A stretch of 63,731 nt of DNA, filler included. It is 5 parts of 5 records of this genome, joined end to end, with 100 filler letters (N's around TTAATTAATTAA, not from the genome) between each part and the next. Parts side by side here need not be neighbours in the genome. Positions count along the whole stretch, not along the records: positions 1 to 16,935 come from DRR378314_155; positions 17,036 to 34,792 come from DRR378314_157; 3 more parts are not named here. The stretch is one strand, 5' to 3'. Of this stretch, positions 10,332-19,706 are shown piece after piece. The position numbers were made by a program, and so were the translations under genes. The notes under the pieces are model-generated. The model saw nothing but the letters and a program-made list of their open reading frames with translations. It had not been told where the DNA came from and made no database searches. The stretch's first letter is position 1, and every line of letters starts with the position of its first letter.

Positions 10332-11165
10332 TCAGCCCCCATAAAGCGCTTCAGCGTGGAAGGCGATGTGGTCTTCCATGAAGGTGGAGACAAAGAAATA
10401 GCTGTGGTCATACCCCGGTTGCATACGGAAGGTGCCGCTCTGGCGTTTCGTTGCGAGGGCGGCGGCCAATGCCTCGGGCTTTAGCAAGTCAAGGAATTGG
10501 TCAGCGGCCCCTTGATCAATCAGGACAGGCCCGTCAAAGCCGACATCGGCCATCAACAGGCTGGCGTCATGTTTGGCCCATTTGGCGTCATCCACGCCAA
10601 GATATGCGGTCAGCTGTTTGCGGCCCCAATCGCTGCCCGTGGGGTTGGCGATGGGCGCAAAGGCGGAAACCGACAGGAACCGTCCGGGCAGGTTCATCGC
10701 CAGCGTCAAGGCACCATGCCCGCCCATGGAGTGGCCGGTAATGCCTTGGCGATCCATATCCAATGCGAAATTTTCACCCAGAAAACCGGGAAGCTCTTCG
10801 GCAATGTAATCCCACATCTGGAAATGGCGTTTCCACGGGTCTTGCGTGGCGTTCACATAGAACCCCGCGCCCTTGCCCAGATCATAGGCCTCGTCATCGG
10901 CCACATCATCGCCGCGCGGCGAGGTGTCGGGGAAGACCACCGCGATGCCATGTTCCGCCGCCCAGGCCTGTGCGCCAGCTTTGTTCATCGCATTCTCATG
11001 GGTGCAAGTCAGGCCGGAGAGATACCACAACACCGGCACCGGCCCATCGCGGGCTTCGGCGGGCAGGAACAGACCAAATGTCATCTCGCAATTGCAGGTG
11101 GTCGAGGCATGGGAATAGACACCTTGAGTGCCGCCAAAGCTGGCATTTTCGGATATGGTTTTCAT
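10332..11165 (-). CDS. fghA: S-formylglutathione hydrolase
   Basis: LSGLTCTHEN, PDTSPRG, GHSMGGHGAL, GYDHSYFF. Confidence 0.96.
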   Translation of the reverse strand: MKTISENASFGGTQGVYSHASTTCNCEMTFGLFLPAEARDGPVPVLWYLSGLTCTHENAMNKAGAQAWAAEHGIAVVFPDTSPRGDDVADDEAYDLGKGAGFYVNATQDPWKRHFQMWDYIAEELPGFLGENFALDMDRQGITGHSMGGHGALTLAMNLPGRFLSVSAFAPIANPTGSDWGRKQLTAYLGVDDAKWAKHDASLLMADVGFDGPVLIDQGAADQFLDLLKPEALAAALATKRQSGTFRMQPGYDHSYFFVSTFMEDHIAFHAEALYGG

Positions 11166-11191
11166 CGGATGGTCCTTTGTGGAAATGCGGT

Positions 11192-12121
11192 TCAGGCGGT
11201 GGTGATCCAGCCGATAACAAGGCTGACGGTCAGAATACTGATGGCGGTCGAGACAAGGATGGCGGTTGAAACCCGCACCGGTGCCACACCATAGTGCTGG
11301 GCCAGCATATAGACATTGCCGGCAACGGGAAGGGCCGCCACGGCGATGATGACGCCCGCTTTGAAAGGATCAACGCCAAACAGGAACAGGGCGGCAAAAC
11401 CGACAAACAGCGGGTGCAGCACCAGTTTGCAAAAGGTCAGCCAACCGGCGACAGGTAGTTTGTCAGGGGCGGTGAGGGCCAGCGAGGCCCCGATGGCAAA
11501 CAGCGCGCCGGGAGTGGCGGCCCCGCCAAGGATCGCAAGGAAATCGTTCATCGGATCCGGGATCGGGATCTGCAGTCCGGACCAGAGAAACCCAAGGGAG
11601 ATCGCGACGATCATCGGATTTTTCACCAGTCCCAAGGCGATGTTGCGCAGCATGCGCAGGCTGACCTGCCCGTCCCGTGAGCCGGTGATCAGGATCACAA
11701 TGAGGCTGGAAAATACAATCAGATCAATGGCCAAGGCCAATAAGACGGGGCCAATTGCTTCTGGACCCAATAGTAAGGTCAACATTGGCACACCCAGAAA
11801 TCCGGTGTTGCCGATCACCGCACATTGCGCCTCGATGGCGGTGGTGGGAATGTCGAGGCCGCGCAGGAACCCCGCGATGGTGGCGATGCCATAAACAAAG
11901 GCCGTTCCCCAAAGATAGGCGGCAAACAGGCGTGTGTCCCAAAGCTCGGCCAGGGACAGGTTTGCCGAGAACCGGAACAGCATGGCGGAGAGAGCGAAAT
12001 AGAACACGAATTTGGTCAGATACGCCGTGGCCTCGGCGCTGAAGAACCGCGTTCGGCCAGCCCAAAACCCCAACCCGATCAAGGCAAAGAACGGCAGGGT
12101 TTTCAGAAAGATCGCGAGCAT
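11192..12121 (-). CDS. AEC (auxin efflux carrier) family transporter
   Basis: GNTGFLGVP, KNPMIVA, KLVLHP, LPVAGNVY. Confidence 0.9.
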   Translation of the reverse strand: MLAIFLKTLPFFALIGLGFWAGRTRFFSAEATAYLTKFVFYFALSAMLFRFSANLSLAELWDTRLFAAYLWGTAFVYGIATIAGFLRGLDIPTTAIEAQCAVIGNTGFLGVPMLTLLLGPEAIGPVLLALAIDLIVFSSLIVILITGSRDGQVSLRMLRNIALGLVKNPMIVAISLGFLWSGLQIPIPDPMNDFLAILGGAATPGALFAIGASLALTAPDKLPVAGWLTFCKLVLHPLFVGFAALFLFGVDPFKAGVIIAVAALPVAGNVYMLAQHYGVAPVRVSTAILVSTAISILTVSLVIGWITTA

Positions 12122-12158
12122 GGGTTAGCAGTAGCCAGCAATCCGCACCCTTGCAAGC

Positions 12159-13133
12159 CTATCCCGAGCCGATCAGCACCCCGGTGGCAAAGACAAGGGC
12201 ACCCCCCAGAACAACCTGCAAGGCGGCGCGGAAAAACGGGGTCTCCATGTATTTGTTCTGAATCCAGGCAATTGCCCAGAGTTCGATAAAGACCACGACA
12301 AAGGCCACGGTTGTGGCGGTCCAGAAATCCGGGATCAGATAGGGCAGCGCATGGCCCAAACCCCCCAAGGTGGTCATGATGCCGGAGGCAAAGCCGCGTT
12401 TCCAGGGTGAGCCACGCCCTGACAGGGACCCGTCATCAGAGGCGGCTTCAGTAAACCCCATCGAAATGCCGGCACCCACGGAGGCGGCCAGCCCGACAAG
12501 GAAGGTTGTCCATGTGTCCTGTGTTGCAAATGCGGTGGCAAAGATCGGCGCAAGGGTAGAGACAGAGCCGTCCATCAACCCGGCCAACCCCGGCTGAACC
12601 CACGTCAGCAGAAACTGCCGCCGTTCCTGATCATCCTCGGCGACGATGCTATCGGCGTCCAGATGTCGGGCGGAAAGGTCGGTTGCCGTGTTCTGATGGC
12701 CAGCTTCTGCGGCGGCCAGATCGCCCAGTAGCTTGCGCGTTTCTGCGTCTTTGGTGCTTGCGGCGGCTGCCAGATAAAACCGTTCTGCGTCGCGCTCCAT
12801 GGCAGTGGCCTCGGTTCGGATACGCTCCAGCCCAAGGTTTTCGATCAGCCAGACCGGGCGGCGGGCGTAGTACCCCGAGACGTGTTCACGCCGGATCAGG
12901 GGAATCACCTCGCCAAAGCGCTTTATATGCAGGTCGATTAGCCGCTGACGGTGAATGTCCTCCTCGGCAGCCATGCCGTCAAACACCGCTGCAGAGCTGG
13001 GAAACTCGGCCCGCAGGGTTTCGGCATAGCCGCGATAAATACGCGCGTCATCTTCTTCGGAGGAGATCGCAAGGGCGAGGACCTCTTGTTCGTTCAGGTC
13101 AGAAAACCGTTTTCTATTAAAGGCAAAACGCAT
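12159..13133 (-). CDS. mbfA: Iron exporter MbfA (rubrerythrin-like + VIT1/CCC1 domains)
   Basis: LALAISSEEDD..EEDIH di-iron motifs; QPGLAGLMDGSVSTLAP VIT1 domain; upstream ICE box. Confidence 0.95.
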   Translation of the reverse strand: MRFAFNRKRFSDLNEQEVLALAISSEEDDARIYRGYAETLRAEFPSSAAVFDGMAAEEDIHRQRLIDLHIKRFGEVIPLIRREHVSGYYARRPVWLIENLGLERIRTEATAMERDAERFYLAAAASTKDAETRKLLGDLAAAEAGHQNTATDLSARHLDADSIVAEDDQERRQFLLTWVQPGLAGLMDGSVSTLAPIFATAFATQDTWTTFLVGLAASVGAGISMGFTEAASDDGSLSGRGSPWKRGFASGIMTTLGGLGHALPYLIPDFWTATTVAFVVVFIELWAIAWIQNKYMETPFFRAALQVVLGGALVFATGVLIGSG

Positions 13134-13147
13134 CGGGAGCTTCCTTA

Positions 13148-13164
13148 TTTAGAATCATTCTAAA
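13148..13164. promoter_or_regulatory. Iron control element (ICE, Irr-binding site)
   Basis: TTTAGAA-TCA-TTCTAAA, exact TTTAGAA-N3-TTCTAAA palindrome 14 bp upstream of the mbfA start. Confidence 0.92.
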
Positions 13165-13261
13165 GTTAAATTTTCGCTGCTACAAGGGGCTGACGCAGGA
13201 TTAAGGCTTGGAACTGAACGAAACGGTTTATACGCTGCGTGTTTCACATGTCGGAGAATTC

Positions 13262-13879
13262 ATGACCCCTAACGCCCCCCAGGTCCGTAAAGGCCGCAAG
13301 TTTGATCAGGTGCTTGAAGGCGCGCGAACTGTGTTCATGGCGGATGGATTCGAAGGGGCCAGCGTGGATGAAATTGCCCGGGTGGCCTCTGTCTCAAAGG
13401 CAACGCTCTACAGCTATTTTCCGGACAAGCGGTTGTTGTTTATGGAAGTTGCAAACGCTGAATGTGGCCGTCAGGCACAGGAAGCTATGGATTATATAGA
13501 CATGGACGCCGCACCGCGCGAGGTGCTGACGCAAGCGGCACATCATTTCTTGCGGTTCATCACGTCGACCTTCGGATTGCAGATTTTTCGTATCTGCGTG
13601 GCCGAATCCGACCGGTTCCCGGAGATCGGCCAGAGTTTTTACAATTCCGGCCCTGCTATGATGCGTCAGGAGATGGCGGAGTATTTCAGAAGCGCCGAAG
13701 CGCGGGGCGTTTTGAAAATTGACGACTATGATCTTGCCGCTGATCAGTTCGGGGATTTATGCAAGACTGACATCTGGCCTAGGCTGATCTTTGGTGTCAG
13801 CAAATCAGTGACCGAGGCAGAGATCACCCGCGTGGTTGATGGTGCGGTTGATATGTTCATGGCCCGTTACGGGACCTGA
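13262..13879 (+). CDS. TetR/AcrR family transcriptional regulator
   Basis: HTH 'ASVDEIARVASVSKATLYSYFPDK'; GGAG upstream of ATG 13262. Confidence 0.93.
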   Translation: MTPNAPQVRKGRKFDQVLEGARTVFMADGFEGASVDEIARVASVSKATLYSYFPDKRLLFMEVANAECGRQAQEAMDYIDMDAAPREVLTQAAHHFLRFITSTFGLQIFRICVAESDRFPEIGQSFYNSGPAMMRQEMAEYFRSAEARGVLKIDDYDLAADQFGDLCKTDIWPRLIFGVSKSVTEAEITRVVDGAVDMFMARYGT

Positions 13880-13895
13880 AAGAAGGAAAGAACCA

Positions 13896-14189
13896 ATGAA
13901 AAAAGTTACTTACGCAGGCCCTTTGATGGCACTTCTCTTGGCGGCAGGATGCACCGGGGCACCGATGTCGAAACCTGCCGGCACAACGCAACCGGCCAGC
14001 GGGCCGGACACCTGCAATGCGGCGGCCTATCAGCATCTGGTGGGGCAGGATGCGGTGGTTGACCTGTCCTTGCCAGATCCCAAACGGACCTATCGTCTGG
14101 GCGACCCGGTGACATTGGATTTCAACCCCGCACGGCTGAACATCAAACTGGATGACACTGACACGATCATTGCGATTGATTGCGGTTAA
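13896..14189 (+). CDS. Peptidase inhibitor I78 family lipoprotein
   Basis: AGGA upstream; signal with lipobox LAAGC; C-terminal PVTLDFNPARLNI...CG. Confidence 0.85.
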   Translation: MKKVTYAGPLMALLLAAGCTGAPMSKPAGTTQPASGPDTCNAAAYQHLVGQDAVVDLSLPDPKRTYRLGDPVTLDFNPARLNIKLDDTDTIIAIDCG

Positions 14190-14318
14190 GGTCTGCGAGA
14201 CGCGTAAAGAGAATTGTGAACCGGGACCGGGGAAAGCGACGCAGCAGTTTTGCGGTGCCGGTTTCTTCGTGTAGGATATCGTTGGAGTACATCGCCGCAG
14301 TCGAAAAGGGCAACTTGG

Positions 14319-14612
14319 ATGACAAGTTTGATACTCAGTTCAACGAGCAGCAAAAGCTGGGATATTTCACTAGCTGGCAACCTGTCTGGCATCATTCTTG
14401 CCGGGCTGTTTATCTATTTGTTTTTCCGTCACTTCCTCTTTTCCCTTATGTTCATGGATATCATCCTCGGATGGCTGCGAAAGTTTAGCTGGTTCCCTAC
14501 AGAGGGCAAACGAATGAAGACATTTGTCCATTGGATTGTCGCATTGGGATTGTTTGTTGGGTTTCTGGTTCTGGCAAGATCTGTAGGCTGGTTACAGTTC
14601 GTGCCCCAATAA
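14319..14612 (+). CDS. Small membrane hypothetical protein (start uncertain)
   Basis: Two hydrophobic helices; AT-richer than neighbours; no clear RBS. Confidence 0.45.
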   Translation: MTSLILSSTSSKSWDISLAGNLSGIILAGLFIYLFFRHFLFSLMFMDIILGWLRKFSWFPTEGKRMKTFVHWIVALGLFVGFLVLARSVGWLQFVPQ

Positions 14613-14635
14613 ACCCAACTTGGCATCCATGGCGG

Positions 14636-15946
14636 TTAATCCTTCGGACGGTTGTCGACGATCCGCACGGCCTTGCCTTCTGATCGGGCGACGCCGCCCG
14701 CATCGGCCACCTCGATTTTGACGCTGATCCCGACAGTTTGCTTGATCAGGGCCGACAAGGTCTTGACCGCTGCCTGGCGGTCTTCGTCACTCATGTTGGC
14801 ATCAGCACATTCGCAGAGCACCTGCATCTGGTCCATCCGGCCGGGGCGCGACAATTCGATCTGGAAATGCGGGGCAAGGCCCTTGGTCGCCATCAGAGCC
14901 TCTTCGATCTGGGTGGGAAAGACATTGACGCCGCGCAGGATGATCATGTCGTCGCTGCGCCCCGTCACCTTTTCCATCCGCCGCATGGAACGTGCGGTGC
15001 CGGGCAACAGCCGCGTCAGGTCGCGGGTTCGGTAGCGGATGATCGGAAAGGCCTCTTTCGTAAGCGAGGTAAAGACCAGCTCGCCCTGTTCGCCTTCGGC
15101 CACGGGTTCGCCCGTTTCGGGGTTGATGATCTCGGGGAAAAAGTGATCTTCCCAGATGTGCAGCCCATCTTTGGTCTCGACACATTCCATAGAAACGCCC
15201 GGCCCCATGACCTCGGACAGCCCATAGATATCAACGGCATGCATGTCGAATGCCTGCTCAATCTCCTGACGCATGGCGTTGGTCCAGGGCTCTGCCCCGA
15301 AGATCCCCACCTCAAGCGAGCAGTCGCGCGGGTCCAGCCCTTGGGCGGCGAATTCATCCAGAATGGATAGGGAATAGGACGGCGTGACAGTGATGCCCTT
15401 GGGTTTGAAATCATCAATCAGCCGCACCTGGCGCGGGGTCATGCCGCCGGAAATGGGATAGGTCGACAGACCAAGCGCGTCCGCCCCCAGATGGATGCCC
15501 AACCCACCAGTAAACAGACCATAGCCATAGGCGTTGTGCAGCATGTCGCCAGCTTTCAGACCGGCAGCCCGCAGGGAGCGCGCCACGACGGAGCCCCAGT
15601 TATCCAGATCGGTCTGGGTATAGCCCACGACGGTTGGCTGGCCGGTGGTGCCCGAAGAGGCATGGATGCGGGCGACCTGTTCGCGCGGCACGGCGAACAT
15701 TTTGAACGGGTAGTTGTCGCGCAGATCGGTTTTGACGGTGAAAGGGAACTTTGCCAGATCGGACAGATCGTTCAGATCGTCGGGATGCACACCCGCATCA
15801 TCAAAACTTTTCTTATAAAACGGCACATTGTCATAGGCGTGGCGCAGAGACCATTTCATGCGCTTCAGTTGCAGGGCTGCAATTTCGTCCCGGCTGGCGA
15901 TTTCGATGGCATCCAACGTGTTGCGGGCGGGGGTCAGGTCTTTCAT
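14636..15946 (-). CDS. paaK: Phenylacetate-CoA ligase
   Basis: RIHASSGTTG, YGYGLFTGGLG, DIYGLSEVMGPGV, GVNVFPTQIE. Confidence 0.96.
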   Translation of the reverse strand: MKDLTPARNTLDAIEIASRDEIAALQLKRMKWSLRHAYDNVPFYKKSFDDAGVHPDDLNDLSDLAKFPFTVKTDLRDNYPFKMFAVPREQVARIHASSGTTGQPTVVGYTQTDLDNWGSVVARSLRAAGLKAGDMLHNAYGYGLFTGGLGIHLGADALGLSTYPISGGMTPRQVRLIDDFKPKGITVTPSYSLSILDEFAAQGLDPRDCSLEVGIFGAEPWTNAMRQEIEQAFDMHAVDIYGLSEVMGPGVSMECVETKDGLHIWEDHFFPEIINPETGEPVAEGEQGELVFTSLTKEAFPIIRYRTRDLTRLLPGTARSMRRMEKVTGRSDDMIILRGVNVFPTQIEEALMATKGLAPHFQIELSRPGRMDQMQVLCECADANMSDEDRQAAVKTLSALIKQTVGISVKIEVADAGGVARSEGKAVRIVDNRPKD

Positions 15947-16383
15947 GCGGAGGGTCCTTCCTCGTCGAAGTGTTGGCCTTTTACTGTGCGTGACAGGCCA
16001 CGAAATAATGCAACGGTTCGTCCGTCCTCGCCGGTGACAGTGACGTCATAGATGCCAGAGCGCCCGCTGCGGGAGGTTTCGGTTGCGCTGGCCGTCAGCA
16101 TCTCGCCGTCTTGGCCGGGGGCGACATAGGTGATTTGGTTTTGCTGGGCGACAACCAGTTGGTTGTAGCTGTTGCAGGCGAAGGCAAAGGCGCTGTCGGC
16201 CAGTGCAAAGATAAAGCCACCATGGCAGATGCGATGCCCGTTCAACATATCGTCGCGCACTTTCATCCGCAGCACCGCCTGTCCGGGTCCAACGGATGCG
16301 ATTGTCATGCCCAGCCCAGCAGACGCGGAATCAGCGGCAAACATCAGGTCGGCACATTTGCGTGCGCGCTCTTGCGGGGTCAT
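15943..16383 (-). CDS. paaI: Hydroxyphenylacetyl-CoA thioesterase
   Basis: MLNGHRICHGGFIFALADSAFAFACNS; overlaps the paaK start. Confidence 0.95.
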   Translation of the reverse strand: MTPQERARKCADLMFAADSASAGLGMTIASVGPGQAVLRMKVRDDMLNGHRICHGGFIFALADSAFAFACNSYNQLVVAQQNQITYVAPGQDGEMLTASATETSRSGRSGIYDVTVTGEDGRTVALFRGLSRTVKGQHFDEEGPSA

Positions 16384-16500
16384 CTGCGGGGACTTTCATG
16401 TTTCATAAAGCGGGACACTTGCATTTTCCTGTAACGCTTTCAACAAATTTGATTAAGGCTTACTCTTGATCTGTTTGGCAAAGGGCGCAACTGTGGAGAT

Positions 16501-16854
16501 ATGACAATGCATCTCCCGCCGAATGCCACGCCTTTTGAGCGCCCGCTGGAACAAGTGGCCTTTCACCGGACCGAACTGTCGGTGATCCTGTCGCTTTACG
16601 GTCGTATGGTTGCCGCCGGTGAATGGCGTGATTACGGCATTTCCCATCAGCGGGATGTGGCGGTGTTTTCAGTGTTTCGCCGCACCGCCGAGGTGCCGCT
16701 CTACCGTATCGAAAAACGCCCCAAGCTGCGTAACAAACAGGGCATCTATGCGGTGATCGGGACCGGCGGGCAGGTGCTGAAACGCGGCAGCGAATTGCGT
16801 GCTGTGTTGCGTGTGTTGGAACGCAAGCTGATCCGGGCGGTGGATTTGGATTAG
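16501..16854 (+). CDS. DUF2794 family protein
   Basis: LYGRMVAAGEWRDY, FSVFRR, PLYRIEKRP. Confidence 0.88.
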   Translation: MTMHLPPNATPFERPLEQVAFHRTELSVILSLYGRMVAAGEWRDYGISHQRDVAVFSVFRRTAEVPLYRIEKRPKLRNKQGIYAVIGTGGQVLKRGSELRAVLRVLERKLIRAVDLD

Positions 16855-16935
16855 GGTCCCGACCCTGTGCTGTGGGTTCCAAAACGCCAAAGACGGTGCC
16901 CGGCCGAGGGTGCGGACAGTATATAAGGCCAAAAA

Positions 16936-17035
16936 NNNNNNNNNNNNNNNNNNNNNNNNNNNNNNNNNNNNNNNNNNNNTTAATTAATTAANNNNNNNNN
17001 NNNNNNNNNNNNNNNNNNNNNNNNNNNNNNNNNNN
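16936..17035. other. Artificial contig spacer
   Basis: 44 N + TTAATTAATTAA (stops in all six frames) + 44 N. Confidence 0.99.
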
Positions 17036-17039
17036 GCCT

Positions 17040-17063
17040 TTCGCTTGCAAGCAAGCTCCTACA
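17040..17063 (-). repeat. REP-like palindrome (GTAG foot)
   Basis: Minus strand TGTAGGA-GCTTGC-TT-GCAAGC-GAA at the contig start. Confidence 0.7.
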
Positions 17064-17115
17064 AGTGCTCGCTCCCAAGGGTTTCAACAAAAACGAATAC
17101 AACGTTGTTTTTAAT

Positions 17116-17970
17116 ATGCGTTCCAACCTGACGATCCTGCTTCTCGGCCTGGTGGCCGTGGCACTCACCGGCTGCGCCTCGCTGCGTGACTCCACCGCCG
17201 GGTTGATGGGACGGACGCCGGCGCCGGGGGCGGTGGCCGGGCTGAGCTACGGCGCCATCGACGCCCTCGGCGCCATGGACGGCGCCTGCCGGCGACTCGC
17301 CGAGGCGCACCGGGCGGAGCGCTACGTGGACGAGCGGCAACTGCGTGAGGACTGGCTGCCCGCCTGCCGGGAACGGATCGAATCGGTGCGCCAGTCGCGG
17401 CGTCTCGACCGGCTGGTGGACGACGCCTACCAGGCCCAGCAGGCCCATGAAGCCGAACTGGCCCGGCAACGGGCGGAACGTGAACGGGTCCGGCGGGACA
17501 TGGAAGCGGCCCGCCGGGAAGCGGAGAAGCGCAGCGAAGCCGCCGCCGACGAGGCCCAGGGCCGGCTGCGCGAGCGGCTTGCCGACGCCCATATCCTCAG
17601 CATCCTCGAAGACGTGCCCGACCAGCCGCTGGCGTTTGCCGTGGGCCAGGCGTCGGAGCGCACCATGAAGAATTTCCTCGCCTGCCTGGAAGTGGGCTAC
17701 CCCAACCAGGGCTACGAAGTGGACCGCGGCGACGACAGCCTTACGGTCACCGCCCGCCAGGCGGACATGCTGCGCGGTGACGTGGACATCCGCGCCCGCT
17801 TCGTCAACGTCTGGGACACCTGGATGCTGGAATCCCTGAGCGTGGCGGAGCTCACCGCGCGCACCCCCCAGGACCGCTTCATGCTGGCCCAGAACCTGCT
17901 CGCCGGGCACTGCTACGGCATCGATAATCTGATGCAGCGCGACGCCCCCGCCACCTCCGAACGTTCCTGA
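17116..17970 (+). CDS. Hypothetical lipoprotein with central coiled coil
   Basis: MRSNLTILLLGLVAVALTGC lipobox; R/E/A-rich middle; high-GC3 codon usage. Confidence 0.8.
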   Translation: MRSNLTILLLGLVAVALTGCASLRDSTAGLMGRTPAPGAVAGLSYGAIDALGAMDGACRRLAEAHRAERYVDERQLREDWLPACRERIESVRQSRRLDRLVDDAYQAQQAHEAELARQRAERERVRRDMEAARREAEKRSEAAADEAQGRLRERLADAHILSILEDVPDQPLAFAVGQASERTMKNFLACLEVGYPNQGYEVDRGDDSLTVTARQADMLRGDVDIRARFVNVWDTWMLESLSVAELTARTPQDRFMLAQNLLAGHCYGIDNLMQRDAPATSERS

Positions 17971-17973
17971 CAT

Positions 17974-17994
17974 TGTGGGAGCGGGCCCTGCCCG
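17974..17994 (+). repeat. REP-like palindrome (GTGG foot)
   Basis: TGTGGGAG-CGGGC-CCT-GCCCG between convergent genes; near-identical to 34771-34792. Confidence 0.7.
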
Positions 17995-17998
17995 ATTG

Positions 17999-18931
17999 TT
18001 AATCGCCGTTGAGGAAGGCGGCGATCTCCCGGTAGGTGGCGGCGCAGGCGTCGGGCGCCAGGGATTCCAGATTCAGATAGGCGTGGATCATGTCGTCGAA
18101 ATGGCGGTGGCGGCAGGGCACGCCGGTGTCGTTCAGCCTTTGCACGTAGGCCAGCGCCTCGTCGCGCAGCGGGCAGTATTCGGCGCTGATCATCAGCGTT
18201 TCCGGCAGGCGGTTGCTCACCGGCATGAACAGCGGCGACGCGCCGCGGCGGTCCTCGCCGTGCTGGAAATAGTGCTCGAAATACCAGGCGATGCGCTCCG
18301 CTTCCAGTAAATAGCCCTTGCCGTTCTCGGTCACCGAGGGGTGGTTCAGGGTGTAGTCCAGGCTGGGGTAGATCAGCACCTGTTTTTCCACCGGCAGCCG
18401 CTGGTCGTTCTGCGCCAGGACGCTGAGGGTGGCGGCGAAGGTGCCGCCGCCGGAGTCGCCGGCCAGGGCCAGGCGCCGCTGGTAGCGCCGCCCTTCGGCG
18501 TCGAGCACCGGCCACAGGTGGCGGGCCACGCTGTGGCAGTCTTCCAGGCCGAACGGGTAGGGGTATTCCGGCGCCAGCCGGTAGTCCACCGACACCACCA
18601 GCCAGCCGCTGGCGTCGGCGAGCCGCCGGCAAATCGGGTCGTACACCGCCACGCTGCCGGCCATGTGCCCGCCGCCGTGGAAGAACAGGCACACCGGGGT
18701 GTCCCGGTCCGGCGCCGGGTCGTAGAGGCGCACCGGCACCGGGGTTTCGCCGCATTCCACCCGGGCGTCGCCGACCCAGGGCAGCTCGGGCCCCGGGCGG
18801 ACCTGATTGCGGGTCATCGCCGCCATGCTGTCGCGCACGGTGGCCGGGGTGGCTTCCACGCCGGCCGCTTTTTGTTCCGCCACCAGTTCATTGAGGCGGT
18901 CCAGCCAGGCCTTTAGCTGAGCGTTCAGCAT
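17999..18931 (-). CDS. HSL-family alpha/beta hydrolase (esterase/lipase)
   Basis: HGGG, YRLAPEYPYP, GDSGG, CPLRDE, MIHAY. Confidence 0.93.
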   Translation of the reverse strand: MLNAQLKAWLDRLNELVAEQKAAGVEATPATVRDSMAAMTRNQVRPGPELPWVGDARVECGETPVPVRLYDPAPDRDTPVCLFFHGGGHMAGSVAVYDPICRRLADASGWLVVSVDYRLAPEYPYPFGLEDCHSVARHLWPVLDAEGRRYQRRLALAGDSGGGTFAATLSVLAQNDQRLPVEKQVLIYPSLDYTLNHPSVTENGKGYLLEAERIAWYFEHYFQHGEDRRGASPLFMPVSNRLPETLMISAEYCPLRDEALAYVQRLNDTGVPCRHRHFDDMIHAYLNLESLAPDACAATYREIAAFLNGD

Positions 18932-19308
18932 TGAAACAGCACCAGGGCGTCGCCCGCGCAGATCATCCGGCCGTCCTCGCCGGTGCACAGGGTGTCCAGG
19001 TTCACCAGCGCCTTGTCGCCGCGCAGGTGGGTGATGGTGACGGTGGCGGTGAGCGTCTCGCCGATGCGGGCGTCCTCCTCGAAGCGCATGTGCTGCTTGA
19101 GGTAGTTGGTGCCGTGGCCGGGCAGCTCCTCGCCGAGCAGATAGGAAAACAGGCCGGCGATCAGCGGCTCGGGCACCTGGTCCGGGGTCTCATCCTCAAG
19201 GCCGGCCATGTCGCACCAGGCGCGCACATCCTCGGCGCTGAAGCGCCGTTCCACGGTGGCCTGGTCTTCCAGCCGCAGAGCGTTGAAGCGGGGCAGGGTC
19301 TCGCTCAT
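18925..19308 (-). CDS. Hotdog-fold MaoC-like protein lacking the catalytic motif
   Basis: PhaJ-like 'FSYLLGEELPGHGTNYLKQHMRF' but no D-x-N-P-x-H. Confidence 0.8.
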   Translation of the reverse strand: MSETLPRFNALRLEDQATVERRFSAEDVRAWCDMAGLEDETPDQVPEPLIAGLFSYLLGEELPGHGTNYLKQHMRFEEDARIGETLTATVTITHLRGDKALVNLDTLCTGEDGRMICAGDALVLFQC

Positions 19309-19706
19309 GGCGCCATCTCCTGGTCGAGTTTGAGACGGCAGGTGCCCTGCAGGCAGCGGCTGTCGTCTTCCTTGAGCACGTCGGTGGTGAGGTGGACGAT
19401 GCCGTCCACCGGGCGGCCGCGGGTTTCCAGCACCACGGTGAGCGGCTCGTCGGCGTAGGCCGGCGCCGGAAATTTCAGGTCCTGCACTTCCAGGCGGGCG
19501 CCGGGGAAGAATTCATGGATCAGCCCGCGCACCGCGCTGAACAGCAGCATGCCGTGGGACACGGTGGCGCCGAAGCGGGTGCCGGCGGCGTAGTCCGGGT
19601 CCACATGGATGGGGTTGTGGTCGCCGCTGAGTCGGGCGAAACGCTGGAAGTCCTCCTGGCTGAAGGACAGATCCCGTTCCATGCGGGCGGTGTTATTGTT
19701 TTGCAT
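19305..19706 (-). CDS. MaoC/PhaJ-type (R)-enoyl-CoA hydratase
   Basis: FARLSGDHNPIHVD and VSHGMLL hydratase-2 motif. Confidence 0.88.
   Translation of the reverse strand: MQNNNTARMERDLSFSQEDFQRFARLSGDHNPIHVDPDYAAGTRFGATVSHGMLLFSAVRGLIHEFFPGARLEVQDLKFPAPAYADEPLTVVLETRGRPVDGIVHLTTDVLKEDDSRCLQGTCRLKLDQEMAP

Noticed and set aside
11241..11276. 18-bp imperfect tandem duplication
   Set aside because: Just encodes VSTAIL/VSTAIS within a TM helix of the AEC transporter
13215..13230. TGAACG-AAAC-GGTTTA as a TetR autoregulatory operator
   Set aside because: Only 4 of 6 arm positions pair and there is a single copy; too weak to call
16852..16935. AGGGTCCCGACCCT hairpin at the contig end as an IS terminus
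   Set aside because: No transposase or matching second end is visible
16980..16991. TTAATTAATTAA recurring four times, as a biological repeat or CtrA site
   Set aside because: Always centred in N runs of identical length; it is a synthetic six-frame stop linker
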